Source: Nitrospinota bacterium (GTDB lineage Bacteria > Nitrospinota_A > UBA7883 > JADGGD01). Taken from it: a stretch of DNA of 48,456 nucleotides. The notes under the pieces are model-generated. The model saw only the letters and a program-made list of their open reading frames with translations. It was not told where the DNA came from and searched no databases. Numbering within the stretch: the first letter of the stretch is position 1; each line of letters starts with the position of its first letter. Position numbers and translations under genes: made by a program. Shown here piece after piece: positions 17,931-27,229 of the stretch. The stretch is from positions 1-48,456 of the forward strand of contig JADGCD010000001.1 in assembly GCA_015229165.1 (NCBI GenBank), in the 5' to 3' direction.

Positions 17931-18074
17931 GGGGTACCTGCTGCGTGTGAGGGTGATGCGGATACGCCCACTATAAATCGGCGCACGGCTTCTCCGCAAG
18001 CCTCATCGGCTCTGCTTATGTTAAGAAATCACAAGAAGATAGGGCGCCGCCGACCAGCGCGGGCCACGAGCGAC

Positions 18075-18704
18075 CTATGCCACCGGGGGGGGCGTCGTTC
18101 TTCCTACCGTTTCAGAGATCCGGGAAGCGTTCGCCCCCGCAAGATGCTCCTGATACGCCACCGCCACCGCCAGAATCGAGACCGGAATGGTGACCAGAAG
18201 TCCGAGCCCCAGCATCAAAGCGCCAAGAAAATTGACCAGCGTGAGGATCAGGGCAAAGACGAACACCCCCACCTGGTTCTGGAAACCGAACGAGCGGGAA
18301 CGTTCCATCGCAGGCCAGAAGGCGGCGCCGGTATCGATGGCGATCAGATAGGAGAACATGTACCAGCCGAAGACCAGAATCCCGGGGATCACCAGCAACA
18401 GGGTACCGATGGCGCCGAAAACCCCGGTCACGATGCCGATCAGCGCCGTCGGGACCAGATATTCCGTCACCCCCGCCAGACGACCGATCTCCGGCTTGCC
18501 GCCGCGGACGGCGTCCAACGCCATGAGCGAAAGCCCGGCCAGAAGAGGACCGGAGACGATGAAGGAGGCGAACGGAATGAGGCTGGCCACCACGCTGATC
18601 AGAAGGACGACCAACGTCGCCACGGCGAAGTTGACCCCGTTCTCCTTGAAGAGCCGCCACCCTTCACCCAAGTAGCGTGCCGCGTCCAGATTGGCGTTAG
18701 CCAT
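18075..18704 (-). CDS. Hypothetical polytopic membrane protein
   Basis: ATG at 18704 (MANANLDAARYLGEGWRLFKEN) preceded by GGAAGGGA. It has 5-6 hydrophobic helices. Family not confidently recognised. Confidence 0.6.
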   Translation of the reverse strand: MANANLDAARYLGEGWRLFKENGVNFAVATLVVLLISVVASLIPFASFIVSGPLLAGLSLMALDAVRGGKPEIGRLAGVTEYLVPTALIGIVTGVFGAIGTLLLVIPGILVFGWYMFSYLIAIDTGAAFWPAMERSRSFGFQNQVGVFVFALILTLVNFLGALMLGLGLLVTIPVSILAVAVAYQEHLAGANASRISETVGRTTPPPVA

Positions 18705-18797
18705 GATTCCCGTCCCTTCCTGTGAAGTCAAAATAGTAATGTTGTGCAGTATAGATGCGCCGCTGGCGCTACGCAAAGGGTAAGTTGTCGGTACGCC

Positions 18798-19814
18798 CTA
18801 CGCTTCTTCCAACACTTTCTCGGCGATCTGTACCGCGTTGAGGGCCGCCCCTTTGCGGATGTTGTCGGAGACGATCCAGAGATTGAGGCCGTTCTCCACC
18901 GACTCGTCCTTGCGGATGCGGCCGACGAAGGTATCGTCCTTCCCGGCGGCGTCAATGGCGGTCGGGTACTCTTTGGCGGCGGGATTGTCGACCACCGATA
19001 CGCCGGGAGCGCTCCGCAGAAGCTCCCGCGCCTCGTCGGGCGACAGGGGCCGCTCGAACTCCACGTTCACCGATTCCGAATGGGCGTGGAACACCGGCAC
19101 CCGCACGGCGGTGGCGGTCACCCGGATGGAGTCGTCCCCCATGATTTTCTTTGTTTCATTGACCATCTTCATCTCTTCTTTGGTATAGCCATTCTCGATG
19201 AAGACGTCGATCTGGGGGATGCAGTTAAAGGCGATCTGCCGGGGGAATTTTTCGCACACGACATCTCTGAACGAAAAGAGGTCCTGGGTTTGGCGCGACA
19301 GCTCCTCGATGGCCCGCTTCCCGGCGCCCGACACCGCCTGATAGGTGCTGACGACGATCCGTTTGATCCGGGCGGCGTCGTGCAAAGGCTTCAACGCCAC
19401 CAGCATCTGGATGGTGGAGCAGTTCGGGTTGGCGATGATCCCCCGGGGGCGGTTCCTGATCGCGTGGGCGTTCACCTCCGGCACCACCAGCGGGACGTCG
19501 GCGTCCATGCGGAAGGCGGAGGTGTTGTCGATGACCACCGCGCCCGCTTTCGCCGCCGACGGGGCGAACTCCTGCGATACCGATCCCCCTGCGGAGAAAA
19601 GGGCGATGTCGATGTTCTTGAACGAGTCGTGTGTCAATTCCTCGACCTCGTATTCCTCCCCCCGCCAGGTGATCTTCTCCCCGGCGCTGCGGGCCGAGGC
19701 CAGCGGCAGGAGATTCCCCACCGGGAACTCCCGCTGGGCCAGAATCTTGAACATCTCTTCGCCGACGGCGCCGGTGGCGCCGACGACGGCTACGTGGACC
19801 GGTCTTTTTCTCAT
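18798..19814 (-). CDS. asd: Aspartate-semialdehyde dehydrogenase
   Basis: VAVVGATGAVGEEM, active-site IANPNCSTI, and 338 aa from the ATG at 19814. Confidence 0.92.
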   Translation of the reverse strand: MRKRPVHVAVVGATGAVGEEMFKILAQREFPVGNLLPLASARSAGEKITWRGEEYEVEELTHDSFKNIDIALFSAGGSVSQEFAPSAAKAGAVVIDNTSAFRMDADVPLVVPEVNAHAIRNRPRGIIANPNCSTIQMLVALKPLHDAARIKRIVVSTYQAVSGAGKRAIEELSRQTQDLFSFRDVVCEKFPRQIAFNCIPQIDVFIENGYTKEEMKMVNETKKIMGDDSIRVTATAVRVPVFHAHSESVNVEFERPLSPDEARELLRSAPGVSVVDNPAAKEYPTAIDAAGKDDTFVGRIRKDESVENGLNLWIVSDNIRKGAALNAVQIAEKVLEEA

Positions 19815-19858
19815 GATTCCTGTCTGTGTTTTACGGGAAAGGGAGCGCCCCTTTCGTT

Positions 19859-20926
19859 CTACGCGATGGCTTCGGCCACCAGTTCGCCCATGCGGCGGCA
19901 CCCGACGAGGCTCATCCCGGCCGACATGATGTCGCCGGTCCGGTACCTCTGGTCGAGAACCTTTGTCACCGCCTGCTCAATGTCGGCGGCGGCGTCGAGG
20001 CGTCCGAAGGAGTATTGCAGCATCATGGCCACCGAGAGGATCGTCGCCAGCGGGTTGGCCTTGTCCTGTCCGGCGATGTCGGGCGCGGAGCCGTGGACCG
20101 GCTCGTACATCCCCTTCGTCCCCGACAGCGACGCCGACGGGAGCATGCCGATGGAGCCGGTCAGCATGGCGGCGCAGTCGGAAAGAATGTCGCCGAACAT
20201 GTTGGTGGTCACGATGACGTCGAACTGTTTCGGCCACCGGACAAGCTGCATTGCGGCGTTGTCGACGTACATGTGCGAGAGGGCCACGTCGGCGTAGTCC
20301 TTGTGAACCTTGGTCACCACCCGGCGCCACAGTTCGGTGCATTCCAGCACGTTGGCCTTGTCCACCGAACAGACCTTGCTTCCCCGCTTGCGGGCGACAT
20401 CGAAGGCGACCTTGGCGATCCGTTCGATCTCCGGGGTGGTGTAGGTCAAGGTGTTGAAACCCCGCTCGGTCCCGTCGGGCAGGGTCTCGACCCCTTTGGG
20501 CTTGCCGAAGTAGATCCCCCCCACCAGTTCGCGCACCACCATGATGTCGATCCCCTCCACCACCTCGCGTTTGAGGGACGAAGCGTCCACCAGCGCCGGA
20601 TAGATTTTCGCGGGGCGAAGGTTGGCGTAGAGGTCGAGCTCGGCCCGCAGGCCGAGCAACGCCCGCTCCGGGCGCACCGCATAATCGAGCGGTTCCCATT
20701 TGGGGCCGCCGACGGCGCCCAGGAGAACCGCGTCGGCCTCCTTGGCAAGTTTCAACGTCGCGTCGGGTAGAGGGGTACCGCTCTCGTCGTAGGCGGTTCC
20801 GCCGACATTGGCTTTTTCCGTTTCAACTTTCAGCCCGTATTTCCGGTCGATCTTTTCAAGGACGGAAAGGGCCGCGACGACCACTTCCTGGCCGATCCCA
20901 TCTCCCGGCAGAACCGCAATCTTCAT
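19859..20926 (-). CDS. leuB: 3-isopropylmalate dehydrogenase
   Basis: [25 protein letters not shown] and NMFGDILSD motifs. 355 aa. Confidence 0.93.
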   Translation of the reverse strand: MKIAVLPGDGIGQEVVVAALSVLEKIDRKYGLKVETEKANVGGTAYDESGTPLPDATLKLAKEADAVLLGAVGGPKWEPLDYAVRPERALLGLRAELDLYANLRPAKIYPALVDASSLKREVVEGIDIMVVRELVGGIYFGKPKGVETLPDGTERGFNTLTYTTPEIERIAKVAFDVARKRGSKVCSVDKANVLECTELWRRVVTKVHKDYADVALSHMYVDNAAMQLVRWPKQFDVIVTTNMFGDILSDCAAMLTGSIGMLPSASLSGTKGMYEPVHGSAPDIAGQDKANPLATILSVAMMLQYSFGRLDAAADIEQAVTKVLDQRYRTGDIMSAGMSLVGCRRMGELVAEAIA

Positions 20927-21065
20927 CGCTTGGTGCGCTCCAGAATGGCAAGGGTAAATGAAGCGAGCATATTAGACGGATGGGGCGTCCCGTTCAACCA
21001 TATTGTTGGCCATCGAAGCGACCGGCGGAAAAATCAGACCTTTAACGCACAATAAATGATCTATT

Positions 21066-21076
21066 TGCGCCAATTA
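21066..21076. promoter_or_regulatory. Left arm of an 11-bp inverted repeat TGCGCCAATTA (partner at 21569-21579)
   Basis: tttGCGCCAATTAcctg compared with the reverse complement of 21563-21579, tatGCGCCAATTAggtg, gives 14/17 identity. A degenerate third copy, GACGCAAATTAGG, lies at 21109-21121. Confidence 0.3.
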
Positions 21077-21223
21077 CCTGCAATTGTTCTATAACTTTAC
21101 TTTAAGTTGACGCAAATTAGGTTGCAGTTTCGGTTCTTTTGGTCTAACCTTTTGTCAGTGGTCAATTGTCCGGTACATGCGAGAAATCGTCAAGGCGCAT
21201 CTGTGGCTCAACCAGTGAATGAA

Positions 21224-21427
21224 ATGAAGACTCCCAATCACGTCAAGGAGTATCGGGACAATCTGATGATGTCCAAGGCCGAGCTTGCGCGCAAGGCCGG
21301 AATCTCGGTTCAGACCCTCAACCGGATCGAACGGGGCGAGGTATGCCGCGTAGACACCCAGCGGAAGATTCTTGAAGCCCTCGGGCTGACCGTCGAAGAC
21401 AAAGACAAAATTTTTACCCCTGCCTGA
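21224..21427 (+). CDS. Small XRE-family helix-turn-helix transcriptional regulator
   Basis: 67 aa. MSKAELARKAGISVQTLNRIERGE is a classic HTH_3 motif. It lies in a visibly AT-richer stretch (about 20930-21590). The start could also be the GTG at 21215. Confidence 0.75.
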   Translation: MKTPNHVKEYRDNLMMSKAELARKAGISVQTLNRIERGEVCRVDTQRKILEALGLTVEDKDKIFTPA

Positions 21428-21456
21428 CCTCCCCCCTTTCTCTATATCCCTCCCCG

Positions 21457-21462
21457 TATAAT
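21457..21462 (+). promoter_or_regulatory. TATAAT box within CCCTCCCCGTATAAT
   Basis: The same C-rich context plus CGTATAAT recurs at 23985-24001. It lies 123 nt upstream of the 21585 start. Confidence 0.3.
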
Positions 21463-21568
21463 TGCGGGATAGTTCCGTCCTGTCCCATGCTCTGACCAAA
21501 TATCGCCTGCGCCAAAGAAATGACTTGCGGCATCATCGTAATAGATGTAAATTTATCTAAATTTCACC

Positions 21569-21579
21569 TAATTGGCGCA
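21569..21579. promoter_or_regulatory. Right arm of the inverted repeat TAATTGGCGCA
   Basis: Exact reverse complement of 21066-21076. It ends 5 nt before the ATG of the lytic transglycosylase gene. Confidence 0.3.
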
Positions 21580-21584
21580 TAATT

Positions 21585-23900
21585 ATGGGCGCATATCCCT
21601 GCCGGAATGCCTTTGCGACCGTCTGCCTCCTCGTCCTCGCGGCGACGGTAGGTTCCGAAGAGGCCTTTGCCCGCCCCGCTCCGGAGGAGCAGGGACAATC
21701 GTCAACCGCCCCCGGATTCCTTGCCGGACGGGAAATGACCATCCCCGATTCGGGGGTTTTTAAGGTCGAACCGGCGCTTCGCCCTCGAGTCGAGTTCTGG
21801 AAAGGGATCTACAGCCGCTACACCACCGGCCAGGTGGTGATCCACGACCGTGACAACATGGGGGTCACCTTCGAGGTTGTCGATCTCAAGGGGCCGGGGA
21901 ACCGTGGGCGGCGCCATCTGGTGCGCGACCGGGTCGCCTACTACCGCCGCATTCTTACCCATCTCTGGAAAGAGAAAGGGGAAGCGAACACTCCCGAAGA
22001 ACGACGGATCGTGGCCGCCTACGCCGAAGTCCCCGGCAGCTATCACAAGTATAAGCGGGCCGCCGACAACATTCGGGGCCAACTCGGTCAGGCCGACCGT
22101 TTCCGCGAAGGGCTTATCCGCTCCGGGCGTCACTTGGCCCACATCCAGAGCGTCCTCAAATCGTACGGCGTGCCGGTCGAACTGTGCGCCCTTCCCCATG
22201 TCGAGTCATCGTTCAACTACAAGGCCTACTCCTCCGTCGGCGCCGCCGGTATTTGGCAGTTCATGCGGGGGACCGGTCGTCTCTTTATGCACGTCGATTA
22301 CAGCATCGACGAGCGGCGCGACCCGATCATCGCCACCGAGGGGGCTGCCCGCCTGCTCAAGAGCAACTACGCGGAGCTGGGCTCCTGGCCGTTGGCTATC
22401 ACCGCCTACAACCACGGTGTCAACGGCATGAAGCGGGCCAAGAAGCGATATGGCGACGATATCGCCACGATCATCGACCAGCACCAGAGCCGTGCGTTCG
22501 GTTTCGCTTCCAAGAACTTCTACACCGAATTTTTAGCCGCCCTCGATGTCGCCCGCAACTACAAAGAACATTTCGGCGACCTTGCCTTCGAACCCCCCTT
22601 TGTCTATGACGAGGTTCGGCTCGACCGGCACATCCCCGCTCGCGCTATCACCACCGTCGCCGGCATCGACACCGATACCCTGCGTGAATACAACCTCGCC
22701 CTGCGCGACCCGGTCTGGAGCGGTTCCCGCCACATTCCTAAAGGATATGTTCTCAAGGTTCCCGCCGGGCGTGGGGACACGGTCGTGGCTTCACTCTCGA
22801 ACCTTCCTTCCAGCTACGCTGCGGCCTCGCCCAAAGGGGGCGGCTCATCGCATGTTGTTAGGCGGGGAGAGTCACTTTCCACCATCGCCGCCCGCTATCG
22901 GGTGTCGGTCGCCTCTCTGAAAGCGGCGAACCGGCAGAAGAAGAACTCCATTCGGATCGGCCAAAAGCTTCGCATTCCTGGCGACAACGGCAATGTCGAG
23001 CAGGCGGTCTACGTCGCATCCACGAGAACCGAATCGGCCCCGGCCCCGGTCGCTGAACAGGTCGTCGCGCAGAACGTGACCCACCCTGCCCTGATGGAGA
23101 CTGCGCAGACCGGCGCGGCTGTCCATGTGGTCCGTCGCGGGGAGACCCTCTATCGGATCGCCCGCGCAAACAAGATGTCGGTCGCCCGCCTCAAAAACCT
23201 GAACAGCCTTTCGCGGGGAACGATTTATCCCGGCCAGCGTCTGGTCATCGACGGAGACGCCCCCCTGCCGAAGGTGGCGTCGGTCGCCCCGGTGGCGGTC
23301 AAAGTGCCGCCCCTTGACACCCGCACCGAGGAATCGGCGTCCGGCGCCGAAGGGGATGCGCTCGATCCCAAGTTGACCGAAGCGGCCACCGCCGGGGACC
23401 AATCGCCGGTCATCGACCGGGACGGGGAGTTCGTCGAAATCAACGGGCGCCGCTTGCAGGTTTCCCGTGGCGACTACATTGTCCGTTCCGTCAAGGGGCG
23501 GACCGGAGAGATTGTCATCGACGCCGAAGAGACCCTCGGCCATCTGGCGGAGTGGCTTGAAACCAGCGGCACGGCCATACAGCAGCTCAACCGCTCCAAC
23601 CTGCGCCGCAGCATGCGGATCGGGATGCGGGTCCGCATCCCCTTGGGGAAAGTTTCGGCGGAGACCTTCACCGCCCGGCGGCTGGAATACCACATGCAAT
23701 TGCTCGAAGACTTCTTCCAGGCCTACAAGGTCGGGGGGGAGAAAACCGTCAAGATCCGGCGCGGCCAGTCCCTCTGGGAGCTGTGCCAGAACGAGGAAGA
23801 GACTCCCCTGTGGCTGGTCCGGCTCTACAACCGCGAGGCCGACCTGAACAGCCTTCGTCCGGGAGACACCCTGACCATCCCGGTGGTGGAGAAAAAATAG
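21585..23900 (+). CDS. mltD: Secreted lytic murein transglycosylase with LysM repeats (MltD-like)
   Basis: Signal peptide, an SLT catalytic region (ESSFNYKAYSSVGAAGIWQFM...ITAYNHG), and at least three LysM modules (HVVRRGESLSTIAARY..., HVVRRGETLYRIARAN..., VKIRRGQSLWELC...). Confidence 0.85.
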   Translation: MGAYPCRNAFATVCLLVLAATVGSEEAFARPAPEEQGQSSTAPGFLAGREMTIPDSGVFKVEPALRPRVEFWKGIYSRYTTGQVVIHDRDNMGVTFEVVDLKGPGNRGRRHLVRDRVAYYRRILTHLWKEKGEANTPEERRIVAAYAEVPGSYHKYKRAADNIRGQLGQADRFREGLIRSGRHLAHIQSVLKSYGVPVELCALPHVESSFNYKAYSSVGAAGIWQFMRGTGRLFMHVDYSIDERRDPIIATEGAARLLKSNYAELGSWPLAITAYNHGVNGMKRAKKRYGDDIATIIDQHQSRAFGFASKNFYTEFLAALDVARNYKEHFGDLAFEPPFVYDEVRLDRHIPARAITTVAGIDTDTLREYNLALRDPVWSGSRHIPKGYVLKVPAGRGDTVVASLSNLPSSYAAASPKGGGSSHVVRRGESLSTIAARYRVSVASLKAANRQKKNSIRIGQKLRIPGDNGNVEQAVYVASTRTESAPAPVAEQVVAQNVTHPALMETAQTGAAVHVVRRGETLYRIARANKMSVARLKNLNSLSRGTIYPGQRLVIDGDAPLPKVASVAPVAVKVPPLDTRTEESASGAEGDALDPKLTEAATAGDQSPVIDRDGEFVEINGRRLQVSRGDYIVRSVKGRTGEIVIDAEETLGHLAEWLETSGTAIQQLNRSNLRRSMRIGMRVRIPLGKVSAETFTARRLEYHMQLLEDFFQAYKVGGEKTVKIRRGQSLWELCQNEEETPLWLVRLYNREADLNSLRPGDTLTIPVVEKK

Positions 23901-23906
23901 CCCCGT

Positions 23907-23932
23907 AGTCGGGGGAGCCGTCTCCCCCGACT
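23907..23932 (+). terminator. Perfect 10-bp GC-rich hairpin just after the 23900 stop
   Basis: AGTCGGGGGA-gccgtc-TCCCCCGACT, extendable by flanking pairs. No U-tract follows. Confidence 0.4.
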
Positions 23933-23995
23933 GCGTGCAACAACGCGGCGGTCTCTTTCAACCAGCGGTTGCTCCCCTTTCCTCCCCTCCCCCCG

Positions 23996-24001
23996 TATAA
24001 T
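23996..24001 (+). promoter_or_regulatory. TATAAT box within CCTCCCCCCGTATAAT
   Basis: Lies 35 nt upstream of the ATG at 24037. Confidence 0.3.
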
Positions 24002-24036
24002 GCCTGAATCGTCCACACCGACAATTCCGTAAACCG

Positions 24037-25863
24037 ATGCCCGAAACGTTTCTCGATGCGATCCGCTCCCGCGTACTCGTCGGTGACGGCGCCACCGCCA
24101 CCATGTTTTACGAGAAGGGAGTCCTGATCAACCGGTGCTATGAAGAGCTCAACCTGACGCAGCCCGACATGGTGCGCGATCTCCACCGGGAATACATCAA
24201 GGCGGGCGCCGACCTGATCCAGACCAACACCTTCGCCGCAAACCGGTTCAAGCTGCGCCGGTTCGGGCTCGAAGAAAAGGTGGGCGAGATCAACAAGGCT
24301 GGCGTCGCCCTCGCCCGCGAAGAGTCGCGGGGCGCGGTCTTCGTCGCCGGCGACGTCGGCCCTTTGGGGCCATCGCTCGAGCCGATCGGCATAGTGACGC
24401 GGGACGTCGCCCGGGACGCCTACCGGGAGCAGATCGGCGCCCTTCTCGAAGGGAAACCCGATCTTCTGGTTTTCGAAACCTTTCACGACGTTGACGAACT
24501 GGAGTTGGCCATCGGCGTCGCCCGGTCGATCGATCCGGCCATAGCCATTGTCGCCCAGGTCGCTTTCGAAGAAGGGGGCGCCACGCTGCTGGGAGCGACG
24601 CCGGAGCAGGTGGCCATCCGACTGGAGGCCGCCGGAGCCGATGTCATCGGCGCCAACTGCTCCACCGGTCCCTCGCACATGCTGGCCACGGTGGAGCGGA
24701 TGATCGCCGCCACCCGCCTCCCGGTCTCCGCCCAACCCAACGCCGGGATGCCGGAGCGACTCGACGACCGGCTGGTCTACCTGACTACCCCCGAATACCT
24801 GATGACCTTCGGCAAACGGTTCATCCGGGCCGGGGCGCGGCTGGTCGGCGGATGTTGCGGCACCACCCCCCGTCACATCGCCCTGCTCAAGGGGGCGGCG
24901 TTGGCCCTCTCCCCGTCCCGCGTGGAGGTCAAGGAGCGCAAAGACGACCCCCTCTTGTCCGAAGCGGTCGCCCCGGTTCCGACCGCCGAAAAGAGCCCCT
25001 TCGCAGCGAAACTGGCCGAAGGGCGCTGGGTCCAGTCGGTGGAGCTGTTGCCGCCGAAAGGGGCCGACCCGGAAAAGATCATCATCGCCGCCCGGACCCT
25101 CCATGCGGCGGGGATCGACTGCATCAACATCCCCGACGGTCCCCGGGCCATGGCCCGGATGAACCCCCTCTCGCTAGCCATTCTCCTGCGGCAGGACCCG
25201 GGAATCGAACCGATCATCCACTACACCTGCCGGGACAAGAACCTTCTCGGCATGCAGTCGGACATCCTGGGCGCCCACGCCGTCGGCGTCCGGAACATCC
25301 TCGCCATCACCGGCGATCCCCCCAAACTTGGCAACTATCCCGACGCCACCGCCGTCTACGACGTCGACGCCATCGGTCTGGTCAAGATGATCCGCAATCT
25401 CAACCGGGGGCTTGACATCGTCGGCAACCCGATTCAGGGGCAGTCTGCCATTCACATCGGCGTCGGCGCCAATCCCGGCGCCCTCAACTTCGACGAGGAG
25501 ATTCGCCGCTTCGAACAAAAGGTCGAGGCGGGCGCCGAATACTGCATGACCCAGCCGGTATTCGAGCTTCCCCTGCTGGAGAAGTTCCTCAGGCGGATCG
25601 AGCCGTTTCGCATCCCTGTGCTGGTGGGAATCCTGCCGCTGGCCTCCTACCGCTCCGCCGAGTTTCTCCACAACGAAGTTCCCGGCATGCAGATTCCCGA
25701 AGCGATCCGCGCCCGGCTCAGGGACGCCGGAGAGGGGGCCCGCTCCGTCGGTGTGGAGATCGCCCGCAACGCGCTGGACGCCTGTCGTTCATCGGTGGAG
25801 GGGGTCTACGTCATGGCGCCGGTGGGGGGCGCCGCCACCGCCCTAGCGGTGCTGAATCCGTAA
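24037..25863 (+). CDS. Bifunctional homocysteine S-methyltransferase / 5,10-methylenetetrahydrofolate reductase (YitJ-like)
   Basis: N-terminal Hcy-binding domain (VLVGDGATATMFYEKG...IQTNTF...GGCCGTTPRHI) and a C-terminal MTHFR domain (SVELLPPKG...HYTCRD...ITGDPP). 608 aa. Confidence 0.88.
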   Translation: MPETFLDAIRSRVLVGDGATATMFYEKGVLINRCYEELNLTQPDMVRDLHREYIKAGADLIQTNTFAANRFKLRRFGLEEKVGEINKAGVALAREESRGAVFVAGDVGPLGPSLEPIGIVTRDVARDAYREQIGALLEGKPDLLVFETFHDVDELELAIGVARSIDPAIAIVAQVAFEEGGATLLGATPEQVAIRLEAAGADVIGANCSTGPSHMLATVERMIAATRLPVSAQPNAGMPERLDDRLVYLTTPEYLMTFGKRFIRAGARLVGGCCGTTPRHIALLKGAALALSPSRVEVKERKDDPLLSEAVAPVPTAEKSPFAAKLAEGRWVQSVELLPPKGADPEKIIIAARTLHAAGIDCINIPDGPRAMARMNPLSLAILLRQDPGIEPIIHYTCRDKNLLGMQSDILGAHAVGVRNILAITGDPPKLGNYPDATAVYDVDAIGLVKMIRNLNRGLDIVGNPIQGQSAIHIGVGANPGALNFDEEIRRFEQKVEAGAEYCMTQPVFELPLLEKFLRRIEPFRIPVLVGILPLASYRSAEFLHNEVPGMQIPEAIRARLRDAGEGARSVGVEIARNALDACRSSVEGVYVMAPVGGAATALAVLNP

Positions 25864-26102
25864 GAGAATCGCTTCCCAAGGGGAGGCGGCTGTGGTATAA
25901 ATATCCACCGGGTTGGACAGGGGATTACCCCCCGTTGTTCCGACGATTCCCCGTTGCACACGACCGCCCCCTTCCCGACCACAGACCGGTCGGAACAGGT
26001 ACGGTCATCACGATCTCTCCCGCACGCGACGAGAGATTCCCTTGCGCCCCCGCCCCGAAGGACGGGGGCCTCCATCAACGCGATGAAGGACGAATAAACG
26101 GC
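25864..26102 (+). promoter_or_regulatory. Long C-rich leader upstream of rho (candidate autoregulatory or rut-like region)
   Basis: 239 nt with GGTATAAAT near 25904-25912, followed by C-rich tracts (ccccccgttgttccgacgattccccgttgcacacgaccgcccccttcccgacc). Confidence 0.3.
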
Positions 26103-27221
26103 ATGGCTGAACTGACACCCGTCAGCGGCGTACTCGACATCACCGACAAAGGGTTCGGCTTTCTGCGCTCCCTCGACCGTGGGCTTGGCATCAACCCCGA
26201 AGACCCTTATGTGGGGCAGAACATCGTCCGCAAGTTCAAGCTCCAGCAAGGGATGTTCATCGTCGGTCGGGGGGCGAAAAAGAGTGAGAAGCAGTCCAAC
26301 CTCGCGTTGGAAGTGATCGAGACCATCGACGGCCTCACACCGGAGGCGTCGATGCAGCGGCGTCCCTTCAACAAACTGGTGGTGGTCGACCCCACCCAGA
26401 AGCTCAAGCTCGAAACCGGAAAGAAACCCCTCACCACCCGGGTCATCGACCTTTTCGCCCCCATCGGCAAGGGACAGCGGGCGCTGATGGTCTCGCCCCC
26501 CAAGGTCGGCAAGACCACCTTTCTCGAAGACATCGCCAAGGCGGTCAAGGCCAACCATCCCGAAACCCATGTCATCATCTACCTCATCGACGAGCGCCCC
26601 GAAGAGGTGACCCAGTTCAAGCGCGGCGTCGGCGGCGAAGTGATCGCCACCAGCTTCGACTCCTCCCTCACCGAGCAGATCCGGGTCTCCGAGCTGGTGC
26701 TGGAGCGGGTGCAGCGGCTGGTGGAGGCCGGGTCCGACGTGGTCCTCATCATGGACTCCATCACCCGGCTCGGACGGGCCTTCAACAAGGCCGCCGACGG
26801 CAAGGGGAAGACGCTTTCCGGCGGCGTGGCGGCCAACGCTCTGGAGTTCCCCCGCAAGTTCTTCGGCGCCGCCCGGAACATCGAAGACGGCGGGTCGCTG
26901 ACCATCATCGGCACCTGCCTCGTCGACACCGGCAGCAAGATGGACGAGGTGATCTTCCAAGAGTTCAAGGGGACCGGCAACACCGAACTGGTGCTGGAGA
27001 AACAACTGGCCGAAGAGAGGATATTCCCCGCCGTCAATCTCTCCATGTCCGGCACGCGCAAGGAGGAAAAACTCCAGAGCGAAGCCGATCTGAAAAAAAT
27101 CTGGACCCTCATGCGGGCCGTGGCCAACGACCGGAATTTCCAGAAGTACAAGGCCATGCTGGAGCGGATGGAGCAGTTCGAGACCAACGCCGCCTTCCTC
27201 GACTCCATCCCTTCACGCTAA
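26103..27221 (+). CDS. rho: Transcription termination factor Rho (short form lacking the N-terminal helix bundle)
   Basis: Starts directly at the OB/CSD-like primary RNA-binding domain (GVLDITDKGFGFLRS). Also has Walker A PPKVGKTTFL, LIDERPEEVT, and GGSLTIIGTCLVDTGSKMDEVIFQEFKGTGN. Confidence 0.9.
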   Translation: MAELTPVSGVLDITDKGFGFLRSLDRGLGINPEDPYVGQNIVRKFKLQQGMFIVGRGAKKSEKQSNLALEVIETIDGLTPEASMQRRPFNKLVVVDPTQKLKLETGKKPLTTRVIDLFAPIGKGQRALMVSPPKVGKTTFLEDIAKAVKANHPETHVIIYLIDERPEEVTQFKRGVGGEVIATSFDSSLTEQIRVSELVLERVQRLVEAGSDVVLIMDSITRLGRAFNKAADGKGKTLSGGVAANALEFPRKFFGAARNIEDGGSLTIIGTCLVDTGSKMDEVIFQEFKGTGNTELVLEKQLAEERIFPAVNLSMSGTRKEEKLQSEADLKKIWTLMRAVANDRNFQKYKAMLERMEQFETNAAFLDSIPSR

Positions 27222-27229
27222 GGGGTTAC

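Noticed and set aside
21066-21579. Possibility that the inverted repeats mark a MITE-like or mobile cassette carrying the XRE gene
   Set aside because: No target-site duplication flanks the arms (gatctat... versus ...taattat). There is no transposase, and the arms are only 11 bp exact. Operator sites are a simpler explanation.
23901-24036. SAM (S-box) riboswitch upstream of the YitJ-like gene, as in Bacillus yitJ
   Set aside because: The gap is only 136 nt, and a terminator hairpin and a promoter-like box occupy much of it. I could not see the conserved S-box helices.
25935-26102. TTG-initiated 56-codon N-terminal extension of rho
   Set aside because: The encoded Pro/Arg/His-rich sequence has no similarity to the Rho N-terminal helix bundle. 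The ATG at 26103 has a better RBS context. The choice remains unverified.
23749-27005. 451-aa and 399-aa minus-strand ORFs
   Set aside because: Antisense to the YitJ-like gene and to rho respectively. The sense genes have unambiguous family signatures.
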